64,000 bases of DNA from Candidatus Hermodarchaeum yapensis (GCA_016840405.1 JAEOSK010000005.1:15324-79323); one strand, 5' to 3'; shown: positions 28,871-37,907, numbered from the stretch's first letter. Numbers and translations: made by a program. The notes: generated from the sequence alone by a model not told the origin.

Positions 28871-29760
28871 GTAAAGGTTATGACTACTGCCGTTTGGGAT
28901 TCCATGGCAATCTGATGAGAAACACTACCCAGAATCCCCCTAAACCGTCCATCTCTTAACCGGCCGGGTTTTCGGTGACTACCCAAGATAATGAGGTCCA
29001 CGTTCTCTTTTTCTGCAATATCAAGTGCTGCATCACCCACCTTTGGGACAGCAACATGCTTAGGAATGACTTCAAGTCCGGTTTGTTCAGTGAAAATACT
29101 AAGATCATCCATGAACAATTCCTTTCCAAGCTTCACTTCCGGTGTGTCTATTGCCTTTTGACTTGTCACAAAGGGTAGTCTAGTTAGATTCAATGCAATT
29201 AACTCTGCATCCTTTGCCACTGAACTTTTCTTCAATGCGGCCGCAACCCGAAGCGCCGCAATATCCTTTTTCGTGTCCCGAATTGGAAGAAGAATCTTCC
29301 GAAGAACTGGCTTAGAGAGCTTTTCCATGTTTTCAACCCATGAAGCCACCACTAAAACAGGAGCCTTACTTTTCCGTGCAACACGACGTGTAGTTGCCCC
29401 CAGCAAATGCCGATGCTTAGGTCGTTGAGCGACACCCATGATTATCAAATCGCATCCGTTTTCTTTTTCATTCTTGAGAATCGCAACGGATGCTCGTCGC
29501 CGTTTCACTCGCTCATATGTAAATGGAACCCCAAGCTGTTTGGAAAGAGATCTTGCATGCTTTTGCAGACGATCAATCCATTCATCTTGCACTTTGGACG
29601 CTTTCTCTTCACAGTGAAAGAGGACCACATTTGCCTTTGAATATTCTGCGAGACAAAAGGCCAAGTTGACGACATTCACCTCTCCGGGATATCCTTGCAA
29701 TGGAGTGAGGATCTGCTTCATTTGGGGCTCTTCCCAGTCCTCGGAAATTAGAAAGGTCAT
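28867..29760 (-). CDS. Tandem universal stress protein (UspA) domain protein
   Basis: 297 aa. Two Usp-like halves, each ending in a G..G(9)G(S/T)-like segment (IIMGVAQRPKHRHLLGATT, ILGSHRKPGRL...ILGSVS). Confidence 0.7.
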   Translation of the reverse strand: MTFLISEDWEEPQMKQILTPLQGYPGEVNVVNLAFCLAEYSKANVVLFHCEEKASKVQDEWIDRLQKHARSLSKQLGVPFTYERVKRRRASVAILKNEKENGCDLIIMGVAQRPKHRHLLGATTRRVARKSKAPVLVVASWVENMEKLSKPVLRKILLPIRDTKKDIAALRVAAALKKSSVAKDAELIALNLTRLPFVTSQKAIDTPEVKLGKELFMDDLSIFTEQTGLEVIPKHVAVPKVGDAALDIAEKENVDLIILGSHRKPGRLRDGRFRGILGSVSHQIAMESQTAVVITFT

Positions 29761-29857
29761 GTATTATCGACTCCGACTTAACCAGCAAAAGACGTATGAC
29801 GTTTAACAAAAGTGTATTGGTAGTTTGGTACCGATAAAATTAGTTAAAAAGTAAACG

Positions 29858-30271
29858 CTATTGGGTGATCCGGTGAGTGGCGCTTTTGATTGCAGATTCT
29901 AATTCAGAAAAAGTCAATTCATCTGGAAAGACTGGAACGGTATCCATGTCTTCCAAACTGATTGACAATAAAAACCACAGGGCTTTGACTAGGATCTGTT
30001 GTAATTCGGCAGGTGAGGCTTGGATTACTTCCTGATTTAGTTCATCCAATGTTTTGCTTGCATGTGCTGTTTTTTTCTGTCCGTGGAGCTCCAAGTAAAC
30101 GGGAGTCCAGCGATCGTAGAAGAATTTCATTGCGTCACGGATGTTGTAGTTGAACAGGTTACGGAGTTGTTGGGCATCTACCCCATTGGTTGCAGCATCC
30201 ATTACCTCGTCAATCCGTGGTAAGAGGACATCAGCAACGAAACTCTCAAGTTGATCATTGGGATTGGCCAT
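29858..30271 (-). CDS. Hypothetical, predicted all-helical protein
   Basis: 137 aa with ordinary composition and no motif recognised. Lies downstream of the AT-rich spacer. Confidence 0.5.
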   Translation of the reverse strand: MANPNDQLESFVADVLLPRIDEVMDAATNGVDAQQLRNLFNYNIRDAMKFFYDRWTPVYLELHGQKKTAHASKTLDELNQEVIQASPAELQQILVKALWFLLSISLEDMDTVPVFPDELTFSELESAIKSATHRITQ

Positions 30272-30727
30272 TAGTTAACATCCGTATTGTGTTTTCTGAT
30301 TGGAAAAGTAGAAAATGGTTACATAAAAATCCATATGTAATACCCTAAATGTTCAAATTTAGTATTAGCCAAAAACTTCGAAGAATCGTTCAAATCATTG
30401 TAATTAGTAACGTTATCCTATCTGATTTTATATTATATGAACTTTTTATATTATTTTTTATATTTATATTATTATAGTCTTTTCATAACTACCCTATTAC
30501 TAATCACGTACGCATTTTTATCAAATTAATAACTTATATCTTTTAGTAATCTATGCGACCATTACGACGCGAATTTTATCATACTAACTCTTTTAATGTG
30601 ACACATATAATTTAATAGAACCAGAATTTAACCAATTTCATTGAATATTTGAACAAATCATTGTATATAAGATACTGTTTCGGTTTAATTTGTATTGCTC
30701 TTGGATAGTGAAATAACCAATAAGACC
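30272..30727. other. 456-bp strongly AT-rich non-coding spacer
   Basis: No ORF. Visibly far more A+T than the flanking DNA. Lies between two minus-strand genes. Confidence 0.8.
30427..30480. repeat. Three phased copies of TTTATATTAT (degenerate 18-bp tandem unit)
   Basis: Exact 10-mers at 30427-30436, 30445-30454 and 30463-30472, a period of exactly 18 bp. The motif resembles an archaeal TATA box. Confidence 0.85.
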
Positions 30728-31333
30728 TCATTTGAGGGAGTCAAGAAACTCTTTGGTTTCTTCACCCTCTTCAACTAACACAATATCCTGAGCACCCGCA
30801 CGTTCATAGTCATATCGTCGAGCAATTAACATCGCATGGAATTTTTCACGTCCCGTTGAAGAACCACCACGCCAAATGTAGATCTTATCAAAGGTGTCAA
30901 GGATAAACACATCATCAGATTTCAGGCTCTCCTTACTGCGAGGCACATCAACGAAGAGGTGTACTCCACCCACGATGTTGAGCCGAAAGAGTTTGAACTC
31001 GTGTTTTTCGAGAATCACCTTCTTCAAGATCCCCTCGGTATCCTGGTCGTTGATATTGATACGACCACCAAAAAGGTCAAGGAAGGCTGGAGGTTCACTT
31101 CGGGCTTCAACGGTGACAAGACGTGCTACGCCTTTACGATCTTGATCCCGCCATACGGAGGTTACCGCGCCGATGAAGCGTTCATCAACTGTGGCTCGAC
31201 TTCCACACCAGAGATAGATGATGGGACCTGTATCGATTAGGTAGCAATCGCCATCACCAAAATCATTTACCATGTCTTCGGGAACGCGGAGTACATGCCC
31301 CCGTTGGATATGGTATTTTCGAAAATCTGTCAC
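30728..31333 (-). CDS. Two-domain gelsolin/villin-like actin-binding protein (2DGel type)
   Basis: 201 aa with a GTG start and GGTGGA 8 nt upstream. Two gelsolin repeats: GDCYLIDTGPIIYLWCGSRATVDERF...EPPAFLDLFGG and DDVFILDTFDKIYIWRGGSSTGREKF...ETKEFLDSL. Confidence 0.85.
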   Translation of the reverse strand: MTDFRKYHIQRGHVLRVPEDMVNDFGDGDCYLIDTGPIIYLWCGSRATVDERFIGAVTSVWRDQDRKGVARLVTVEARSEPPAFLDLFGGRININDQDTEGILKKVILEKHEFKLFRLNIVGGVHLFVDVPRSKESLKSDDVFILDTFDKIYIWRGGSSTGREKFHAMLIARRYDYERAGAQDIVLVEEGEETKEFLDSLK

Positions 31334-31490
31334 GTTTCATTCCACCATAGACTGTTATCAAAGGGTGTTGAAAGCTTTCTATCCTAGCCTTGATGTGAAC
31401 TTCCGTTTTTAATCTTCTTGAGCAAATTGAATTCTAAATGAATTGGTTAGAGTCAACCAAGCCTTGCCAATAAAGGAAGAAATTTAAGAT

Positions 31491-32908
31491 TTGATTGATG
31501 AAAAACTCGATGGAGATTTCTCTAACAGGAATCTTGAGTTGGATGGAATGGGCTCAAACACTCGGTTAGGGATTTGCAGTGTTGTCAGCGTCTTAATACT
31601 GCTGATGATTTCTCCTACGGTATATAACATTGATACTATGTTGCAAGCCCAAGTCATTACTGACCGTCTGGTATCTGCCTATTGGTTTATGAATACAAGC
31701 TGTGTCGATTTCACTTATGGAGGACACTTCAATGAGCATGATCGTTTCGGCACACCCACAACAAGGGCTAAACGTCTAAAAACAGAATCGAAAATCATCA
31801 TTGGAACCTTAGATTTTTACAACATTACTCGGGATCCCGAAGTGTTGAGCCATGCTATTGACACATTCTATACTATAGAGTCCAATATGCGTAATCTGAA
31901 TCATACCTATAATCCAAGAATGGCTGAGGACTGGTCCAGTGCAATTATTAGTAATTCTCGCACGATAGATAACTCATTCTTCATCCGTGCTCTCGTTCTT
32001 TTGTACGAGCATACTGGGAACCGAACCTATTATCAAACTGCTGTTTGGCTGATGTCCTTCATTTCGTATTTTCATCGTAATGCGGCTTATGGAGGATATC
32101 ACATAGAAGTTGATGAGTTCGGTAATCCAAATTTTTACTACTATCCCTATGGCATGCTTCCTGGTCTTGTTGCACTAGCAGCGGGATCTCTACCCAGCGT
32201 TGAACCCAGAAATACGAGCTTTTTAGATGAATTGAATTATGCTCTAAACTTCGCCTACGATGAGTATTGGGAATTACCAAGGGGGGTTATTGTTATGGCT
32301 ACACACCCCAAACAACAATCTATCAAGGTTGGAAATCCCTCTGGTTTCAATCGATTATGATGAAGGCGTTCATTACTGGATACTTCTATACGGGTGATAT
32401 TCTTTTCCGAGATCATTCAATTGAGATTGCCGATTTTATTATTAGACACTACACGGATTCAAATTCCGGGTTGGTTTCTGAGGTTACACAAGATCTATCT
32501 GTCCGTGATTCCATTAGGAACTCCGGAGCCCTAGCCAATATTGCCTCGGCATTTCTTGACATGTACATCTTCACAGGGAATTACACATATTTGAACTATG
32601 GTTGGGATGCCATTAATTTTGTAAAGCAGTATCATTTCGATCCTGATCATTTGGGCTTTTTCAAGTTGTGTATTGCTTCTGGAACTCCAGTTAATACGGA
32701 GAAGTGGTCGGAATTTCAGTATGAAATCATGATGACTTTAACCCGATATGAGTTTGGTGATTATCCCCCTCCCACCACGACTGAGCCTTCGCTAGGGTTT
32801 TTGCTCCCTTTGATTATAATCGGTGGAACAATCATAGTCGTGCAAGTTCTCATATTAGCCATATTGCTAATCCAGAGAGGACAAAAATCCGTGAAACATC
32901 CTCGATGA
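31491..32908 (+). pseudogene. Membrane-anchored (alpha/alpha)6-barrel glycosidase/epimerase-like protein, split by a frameshift at a G6 run
   Basis: ORFs 31491-32360 and 32267-32908 overlap in different frames. Both carry Y..TG(D/N)..Y-type hairpin repeats (LLYEHTGNRTYYQTA, GYFYTGDILFRD, MYIFTGNYTYLNYG). One extra G in gggggg (32281-32286) would fuse them into ...EYWELPRGGYCYGYT.... There is an N-terminal signal anchor (likely start at the ATG at 31548) and a C-terminal TM helix. Confidence 0.6.
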
Positions 32909-33043
32909 ATTTCATCTAGCGATTCATTCGATCCCCAGAGGGTTCGATTATGCATTTTTTGTGGTGATCGAATCAAGCCAAGTGACAGTTTTTTGGGCAG
33001 GCTGTGGTAATGAGGTTTAATAACGCCTAAGGGCAATTTTGAA

Positions 33044-34240
33044 TCAGATGATGTTGAGTTCTTTCCCTACTTTATCAAAAGCGGTAATGGCCCCGTTTAA
33101 ATCATCCTTTGTGAGTGCGGCATTCATCATTACTCGGATTCGAGCTGTGCCACGGGCAACCATAGGATATACAATGGGTAATGCAAATACACCCTCTTCG
33201 AAGAGACGGACGCTAAACTTCTGAGCTGCATCACTTTCTCCAATCATTACAGGAATGATTGGTGTTTCACTCATACCCGTGTTGAAGCCCAAGTCGCTCA
33301 TAGCGCCAATGAAGTAGGCACGGTTCTTCCAGAGATTTTCTACATGTTTGGGTTCATTTTCAAGAATATCAATGGCAGCAATACATGCCGCTGCAACGGG
33401 TGGAGGGTGAGATCCACTAAGGAGCCAAGTTCGGGACTTATTGTAGGCAAATTTTCGGAGGTACTCACTTCCGGAAACGTGACCTCCAACCACACCAAAT
33501 GCTTTGGAGAATGTGCCCATTTCGACGTGAACATCTTTATGGGTTAGCTTGAAGTGGGAGACTATCCCTCGACCACCTTCACCGAGGACCGCTTCGCCGT
33601 GGGCATCATCGACATAAATCATTGCACCGTGGGGTTTGCAGATTTTGACAATCTGGTCAAGGGGAGCAATGTCCCCATCCATGCTGAACACGCCGTCCGT
33701 GATGACGAGGATGCGTCGGTATTCCTTTTTCTTCGCCTCATCGAGAACCCGTCCTAAGTCCGGTGTATCAGCGTGTTTGAAGATAGCACGTTCGGCGCGG
33801 GTTAAGCGAACACCATCGATGATGGAACCGTGATTGAGTTCATCACTAATGATGAGATCTCCCTTACCCACTAGCTGGGGGATTAGACCAGCATTAGCGG
33901 CAAACCCGGTTTGATAGACCAGGCTAGCTTCCGCTCCTTTGAATTGTGCGAGACGGCGTTCGAGTTCTTCATGGAGATCCATGTTGCCCGCGATGGGGCG
34001 GACGCTGCCACTGCCAACACCGTGAGTTTTGATGGCGTCGATGGCGGCTTGTTTGAGTTTGGGGTGGTTGCTTAAACCGAGGTAATTGTTACTGCAGAGC
34101 ATGATGACTTCCTTGTTGTCAACCATGGCTCTGGGAGAGCTGGGACCTTGGAGTTCGCGGAGCCTCCAGTCGAGGGCTTGTTTGACCAGCTCATTGTATT
34201 CGTCTTTGAGAAAAGCCGTTGGGTCACGTTTTGAAGACAT
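33044..34240 (-). CDS. kbl: 2-amino-3-ketobutyrate CoA ligase (glycine C-acetyltransferase), alpha-oxoamine synthase family
   Basis: 398 aa with DDAHG and the FSKAFGVVGG PLP-lysine motif. A threonine dehydrogenase gene lies 2 kb away. Confidence 0.8.
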   Translation of the reverse strand: MSSKRDPTAFLKDEYNELVKQALDWRLRELQGPSSPRAMVDNKEVIMLCSNNYLGLSNHPKLKQAAIDAIKTHGVGSGSVRPIAGNMDLHEELERRLAQFKGAEASLVYQTGFAANAGLIPQLVGKGDLIISDELNHGSIIDGVRLTRAERAIFKHADTPDLGRVLDEAKKKEYRRILVITDGVFSMDGDIAPLDQIVKICKPHGAMIYVDDAHGEAVLGEGGRGIVSHFKLTHKDVHVEMGTFSKAFGVVGGHVSGSEYLRKFAYNKSRTWLLSGSHPPPVAAACIAAIDILENEPKHVENLWKNRAYFIGAMSDLGFNTGMSETPIIPVMIGESDAAQKFSVRLFEEGVFALPIVYPMVARGTARIRVMMNAALTKDDLNGAITAFDKVGKELNII

Positions 34241-34330
34241 AAGGGACTCACCTTTGCCTGCATTCAGACGTTGGAGCTTTTAAATGGTTTCCGAATTCGA
34301 AGAACGGGGGTGGTCAAGAGTAAACCCTGT

Positions 34331-34370
34331 ATCGCAGAAATGAATCCAAACTTTTTAAAAATCGCAGAAA
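34331..34370. promoter_or_regulatory. Two identical ATCGCAGAAA boxes flanking a TTTTTAAAA TATA-like element
   Basis: Exact 10-mers at 34331-34340 and 34361-34370, with ctttttaaaa at 34351-34360 and a partial third copy (atcgaacc) at 34371. Lies in the divergent spacer between kbl and the tandem small genes. Confidence 0.3.
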
Positions 34371-34441
34371 ATCGAACCATTCAGTTACCATGTATTAATA
34401 TTCGCGATTACAAGTAATTTGAAGCGCGGAGATGGTTTCAT

Positions 34442-34828
34442 TTGCCGACTGACCGAATCACTATTGTGCTGTATGTACGATCTTTCACGGCTTCAATGAG
34501 AGCTATGACTGATAGAGGTGCTGGGTCATTTTCTTGTGTTTCGGAATCTTCTCATGGTGCGCGGTCTCAATGGGATTCTAGTAAAAGTGAGATAGCGGGA
34601 TCAGCAGGGAAGTTTCTCTCTGAGGCCGATAGGAATGCCACGAGTATTGCCATTAGAGTTGCTGAACAAGCAGAGATCGATATGAAAGTCATGGATGCGG
34701 GCAGAAGTTTATGGACTCGAATGAAATACCTATTCAAGGGTATCCTTCGAACACCACGATTTTATGTGGATGACAAAGCGGTCCCAAAAGTCAGCAGTGT
34801 TGATTATCTGCTAGCACATATTCAATAG
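34442..34828 (+). CDS. Small hypothetical protein, copy 1 of tandem pair (possibly a degenerate glutaredoxin/thioredoxin-like fold)
   Basis: 128 aa with a TTG start. ITIVLYVRSF...IDMKVMDAGRSLWTRMKYLFKGILRTPRFYVDDKAV resembles a beta1...beta3 (T)P.F layout, but no CxxC is present. Confidence 0.5.
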   Translation: MPTDRITIVLYVRSFTASMRAMTDRGAGSFSCVSESSHGARSQWDSSKSEIAGSAGKFLSEADRNATSIAIRVAEQAEIDMKVMDAGRSLWTRMKYLFKGILRTPRFYVDDKAVPKVSSVDYLLAHIQ

Positions 34829-34829
34829 A

Positions 34830-35213
34830 GTGGTGGTGTCTTTACTGACGAATCGAATTAGTATCGTGTTGTATGTGCGATCCTTTAAGGCGTCGATGGG
34901 AACGATGATTGACAGAGAAACAGCTCATTTTTCCTGCCATTGTGTCCGCTCTCATTGGGAAGCCCTCAAAAACGAAGCAGCAGGTTCTGCAGGCAAATTC
35001 CATTCGGAAGCAGACAGGAAGGCTTTGCAAATTGCGGACCGTGTTTCATCGCAGGCAGAATGTGATATTGAAATCATTGATGTGGGCAGAAGTTTATGGA
35101 CCCGAATGAAATACCTATTCAAGGGCATACTACGAACCCCCCGTTTCTTCGTTTCGGGAAAACCAATCCCATCAGTTAGCAGTGCTGATCAATTACTTAC
35201 TCAAATCCGATAA
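34830..35213 (+). CDS. Small hypothetical protein, copy 2 of tandem pair
   Basis: 127 aa with a GTG start, 1 nt after the copy 1 stop. Collinear with copy 1 (ISIVLYVRSF...IEIIDVGRSLWTRMKYLFKGILRTPRFFVSGKPI) and contains SCHC. Confidence 0.5.
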   Translation: MVVSLLTNRISIVLYVRSFKASMGTMIDRETAHFSCHCVRSHWEALKNEAAGSAGKFHSEADRKALQIADRVSSQAECDIEIIDVGRSLWTRMKYLFKGILRTPRFFVSGKPIPSVSSADQLLTQIR

Positions 35214-35361
35214 ACCCACATCAACCATTGCTTATCAGCCAGAGACAATTTGACATATTGCCATGCTCCTTGATAGAAAGGAAAACACGAGGATTTACTT
35301 TAACGCAAGCTTCTAAACACAAGGCTTTAGACAACAAAGGCAACTTCATTCTAGGACGAGT

Positions 35362-36168
35362 ATGAGTGACCCAGCGGGACAACAGCCTGAGCGAATTGGC
35401 TTCGGTCGGGTTGCCGAAGACTATGAAACCACCAGAGGAATACCAGACCATTTTATGAAAGAATTACTCGAAGACATCATCTCGACTTGTGGATTGACAG
35501 CTAACACTCTTGTGCTAGATTTGGGATGCGGAGCAGGACGATTCTTACGCGAGCTCACATGTCGAAAAATCCCGGCAGTAGGTATTGATATCTCAAAGGG
35601 AATGCTAGAGAAGGCTTGTCTCAATCAACAATCAAGAATATTTCTCCACTCATACTTTGTCTCAGGTGATGCTGTGGCTTTACCTTTTCAACAGGGTTTA
35701 TTCACAGGAATTCTTGCCATTCATTTATTTCACCTTTTATCCGATTGGCAGGAAGCCCTCTCTGAAACATTACGTGTGCTCAAACCTGGTGGTACACTCC
35801 TTACAGGATATGTTGAAGGAGTAACTCATGGATCGTTCCTTACTCGATTATATCGTCGACGACGAGTAGAACTGGGATATGTATACGAACATCCAGGAGT
35901 ACATCCGAGTGAAATCATTGCATCACTCCGAGATGAAGGTGCAACAATAGAAACTCATCAATTTAGCACCTCTATTGGTGTTCCAGTCCGTCAAACCTTG
36001 ACTTTTCTTGATCAGCGTGTTTTTTCATCCATGTGGCGAAACCTCCCGGATGTAGTTCATCGACAAATTATGCAGGAAGTCCGTGCTAGTGCCACCAGTC
36101 AGTTCAAGAATCTAGAAGATACAGAGCATGTGCGAATTCATGCCGATTTGCAATTTGTATCGTTTTGA
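35362..36168 (+). CDS. Class I SAM-dependent methyltransferase
   Basis: 268 aa with motif I VLDLGCGAGRF, then LKPGG. Confidence 0.8.
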   Translation: MSDPAGQQPERIGFGRVAEDYETTRGIPDHFMKELLEDIISTCGLTANTLVLDLGCGAGRFLRELTCRKIPAVGIDISKGMLEKACLNQQSRIFLHSYFVSGDAVALPFQQGLFTGILAIHLFHLLSDWQEALSETLRVLKPGGTLLTGYVEGVTHGSFLTRLYRRRRVELGYVYEHPGVHPSEIIASLRDEGATIETHQFSTSIGVPVRQTLTFLDQRVFSSMWRNLPDVVHRQIMQEVRASATSQFKNLEDTEHVRIHADLQFVSF

Positions 36169-36183
36169 TGAAATTTGTAAGGG

Positions 36184-37257
36184 TTACCAGTCAGGTGTCA
36201 ATCCAACTTTTGCAGCTTGTTTAGATAGTATCAGGTCAAAGCCTTTCTCAAGCTCTCGCATGGTGAGGCGGTGTGTGACAACCTTGCGGACTTTTTCTCG
36301 AAGTTGAGGTCGTCGTAGTAATCCCCGCAATTGGAACCAGGTTCGAAACATTAGTCGACCACTAATACCATAGACAGTTGCAGCTTTGAAGATCATGAGA
36401 CGATTTAGATCAACTTCGAAGGGTTTGGGAAACACGCCTAAAAGACTCACCCGCCCACCAATTGTTAGTGTTTCGAAGGCTGTTACAAGCCCATCAGGGT
36501 GACCGCTCATTTCCACGGCAACATCAACACCGTTGCCATCAGTAGCTTCATGAATGTGTTTCACAATGGCTTCTCGTCCCATTTCTCGGGCACTAAACAC
36601 CTCATCGGCACCCATGGCTTTTGCTAGCTCCATTCTAGTTTTATTCCGTCCACCCGCCGTGGCAAAGACTTTGTCAGCACCCAATTCCTTTGCAACAGCT
36701 ACTGCCATTAATCCAATGGGCCCCATTCCAATAACCGCAACATTTCGTCCTGCAATATCTTCAACGTGGTTGATAGGTAGAAGCGTTTGAACTGCATTAC
36801 CTAAAGGTTCTTGAATTGCCCCAATAATTGGGTCAAGGGTAGCATCATTTTTCCATGCATTATGAGCTGGGACGGATACATACTCTGCGAAGACGCCATC
36901 ACGGTCTACACCAAGAATAGTCATATTTTGGCAAACATGTTCCCGTCCAGTGAGGCATTGTAGACAATTCTGGTCAACGATATGGGTTTCTGCTGAAACC
37001 ATATCACCCACCGCGATATGATCAACATCTTTACCCACTTCAACGACTTTGCCAGACATTTCATGGCCAACGATTAATGGCGGTTTGATGCGATTTGCCG
37101 CCCAAGCATCCCATTCATAGATATGGACGTCAGTCCCACAAATAGCAGCGCCTTTCACCTCAACGAGGACATCGGTCTCACCGATTGTTGGCGTATCGAC
37201 CGAACCGCGTTCTACACCAGGACCAGGTTTCTTCTTCAAGAATGCTTCCATTGTCAC
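36184..37257 (-). CDS. tdh: L-threonine 3-dehydrogenase (zinc MDR family)
   Basis: 357 aa with ICGTDVHIYEWDAWA, GHEMSGKVVEVG and GMGPIGL motifs, a Tdh-typical pattern. kbl is nearby. Confidence 0.8.
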   Translation of the reverse strand: MTMEAFLKKKPGPGVERGSVDTPTIGETDVLVEVKGAAICGTDVHIYEWDAWAANRIKPPLIVGHEMSGKVVEVGKDVDHIAVGDMVSAETHIVDQNCLQCLTGREHVCQNMTILGVDRDGVFAEYVSVPAHNAWKNDATLDPIIGAIQEPLGNAVQTLLPINHVEDIAGRNVAVIGMGPIGLMAVAVAKELGADKVFATAGGRNKTRMELAKAMGADEVFSAREMGREAIVKHIHEATDGNGVDVAVEMSGHPDGLVTAFETLTIGGRVSLLGVFPKPFEVDLNRLMIFKAATVYGISGRLMFRTWFQLRGLLRRPQLREKVRKVVTHRLTMRELEKGFDLILSKQAAKVGLTPDW

Positions 37258-37358
37258 CAGCTTCTTTGACCGCTAAGACTGGTTTTTCGTTTAATCTGGA
37301 GTGCTATTTGTTTCTTTGCATTGGTTCAAATCGCGAAAAATTGTTGAAAAAAGAGTGT

Positions 37359-37907
37359 CTAGCGTCTGATGCTTAATTCCACACCGTCATCATCGATGAG
37401 GATGAACCGACTAGTGTACAACCCAGATTCACGTACATGGTTGAGGTAATCTTGCATCTGATCTTCTCGTCTTCTCACATTATCAGCAACAATCATGCTT
37501 CCCCGAAATAGATTCGGTTCAAGAGCCTTCAAATACGCATAGTATTGGGTTTTAAGGGCATCAATAAACACGAAGTCATATTCATCTTTCAAAGTGGGAA
37601 TAATCTCTAACGCATCTCCCACTAAGACTTCGATGGTGGGTTCAAGATTTGCCCGTTTGAGGTTTTCTTTAGCTTGTTCAGCGTATTCAGGGTTGATTTC
37701 AATTGTCGTAATCCGGGCACGTGGGGGGAGTTCTTTAGCCATTAGAATGGTGGAATATCCAACATTGGTGCCAATTTCAAGAATTCGTTGAGGATGGAAT
37801 TCACTGGCGATTCGAACGAGGATATGTCCTCGTTTGGGTCCGATGATGTAGTGGTTATTCGAGGCTTCAATTTCTCGAAGAACCAGTTCAGCTTCAGCTG
37901 TACCCAC
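37359..37907 (-). CDS. Class I SAM-dependent O-methyltransferase (caffeoyl-CoA OMT-like)
   Basis: 182 aa with ILEIGTNVGYST and FVFIDALK motifs typical of the Methyltransf_3/24 type. Confidence 0.7.
   Translation of the reverse strand: MGTAEAELVLREIEASNNHYIIGPKRGHILVRIASEFHPQRILEIGTNVGYSTILMAKELPPRARITTIEINPEYAEQAKENLKRANLEPTIEVLVGDALEIIPTLKDEYDFVFIDALKTQYYAYLKALEPNLFRGSMIVADNVRRREDQMQDYLNHVRESGLYTSRFILIDDDGVELSIRR

Noticed and set aside
30272-30727. AT-rich spacer as a replication origin
   Set aside because: There is no adjacent orc1/cdc6 gene, and I saw no ORB / mini-ORB-type inverted repeats flanking the AT tract. I kept it only as a regulatory or unwinding-element curiosity.
37322-37331. 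ggttcaaatc, a tRNA T-arm-like string in the tdh upstream spacer
   Set aside because: The flanking bases cannot form the T-stem, and no acceptor, D or anticodon arms can be drawn. Not a tRNA.
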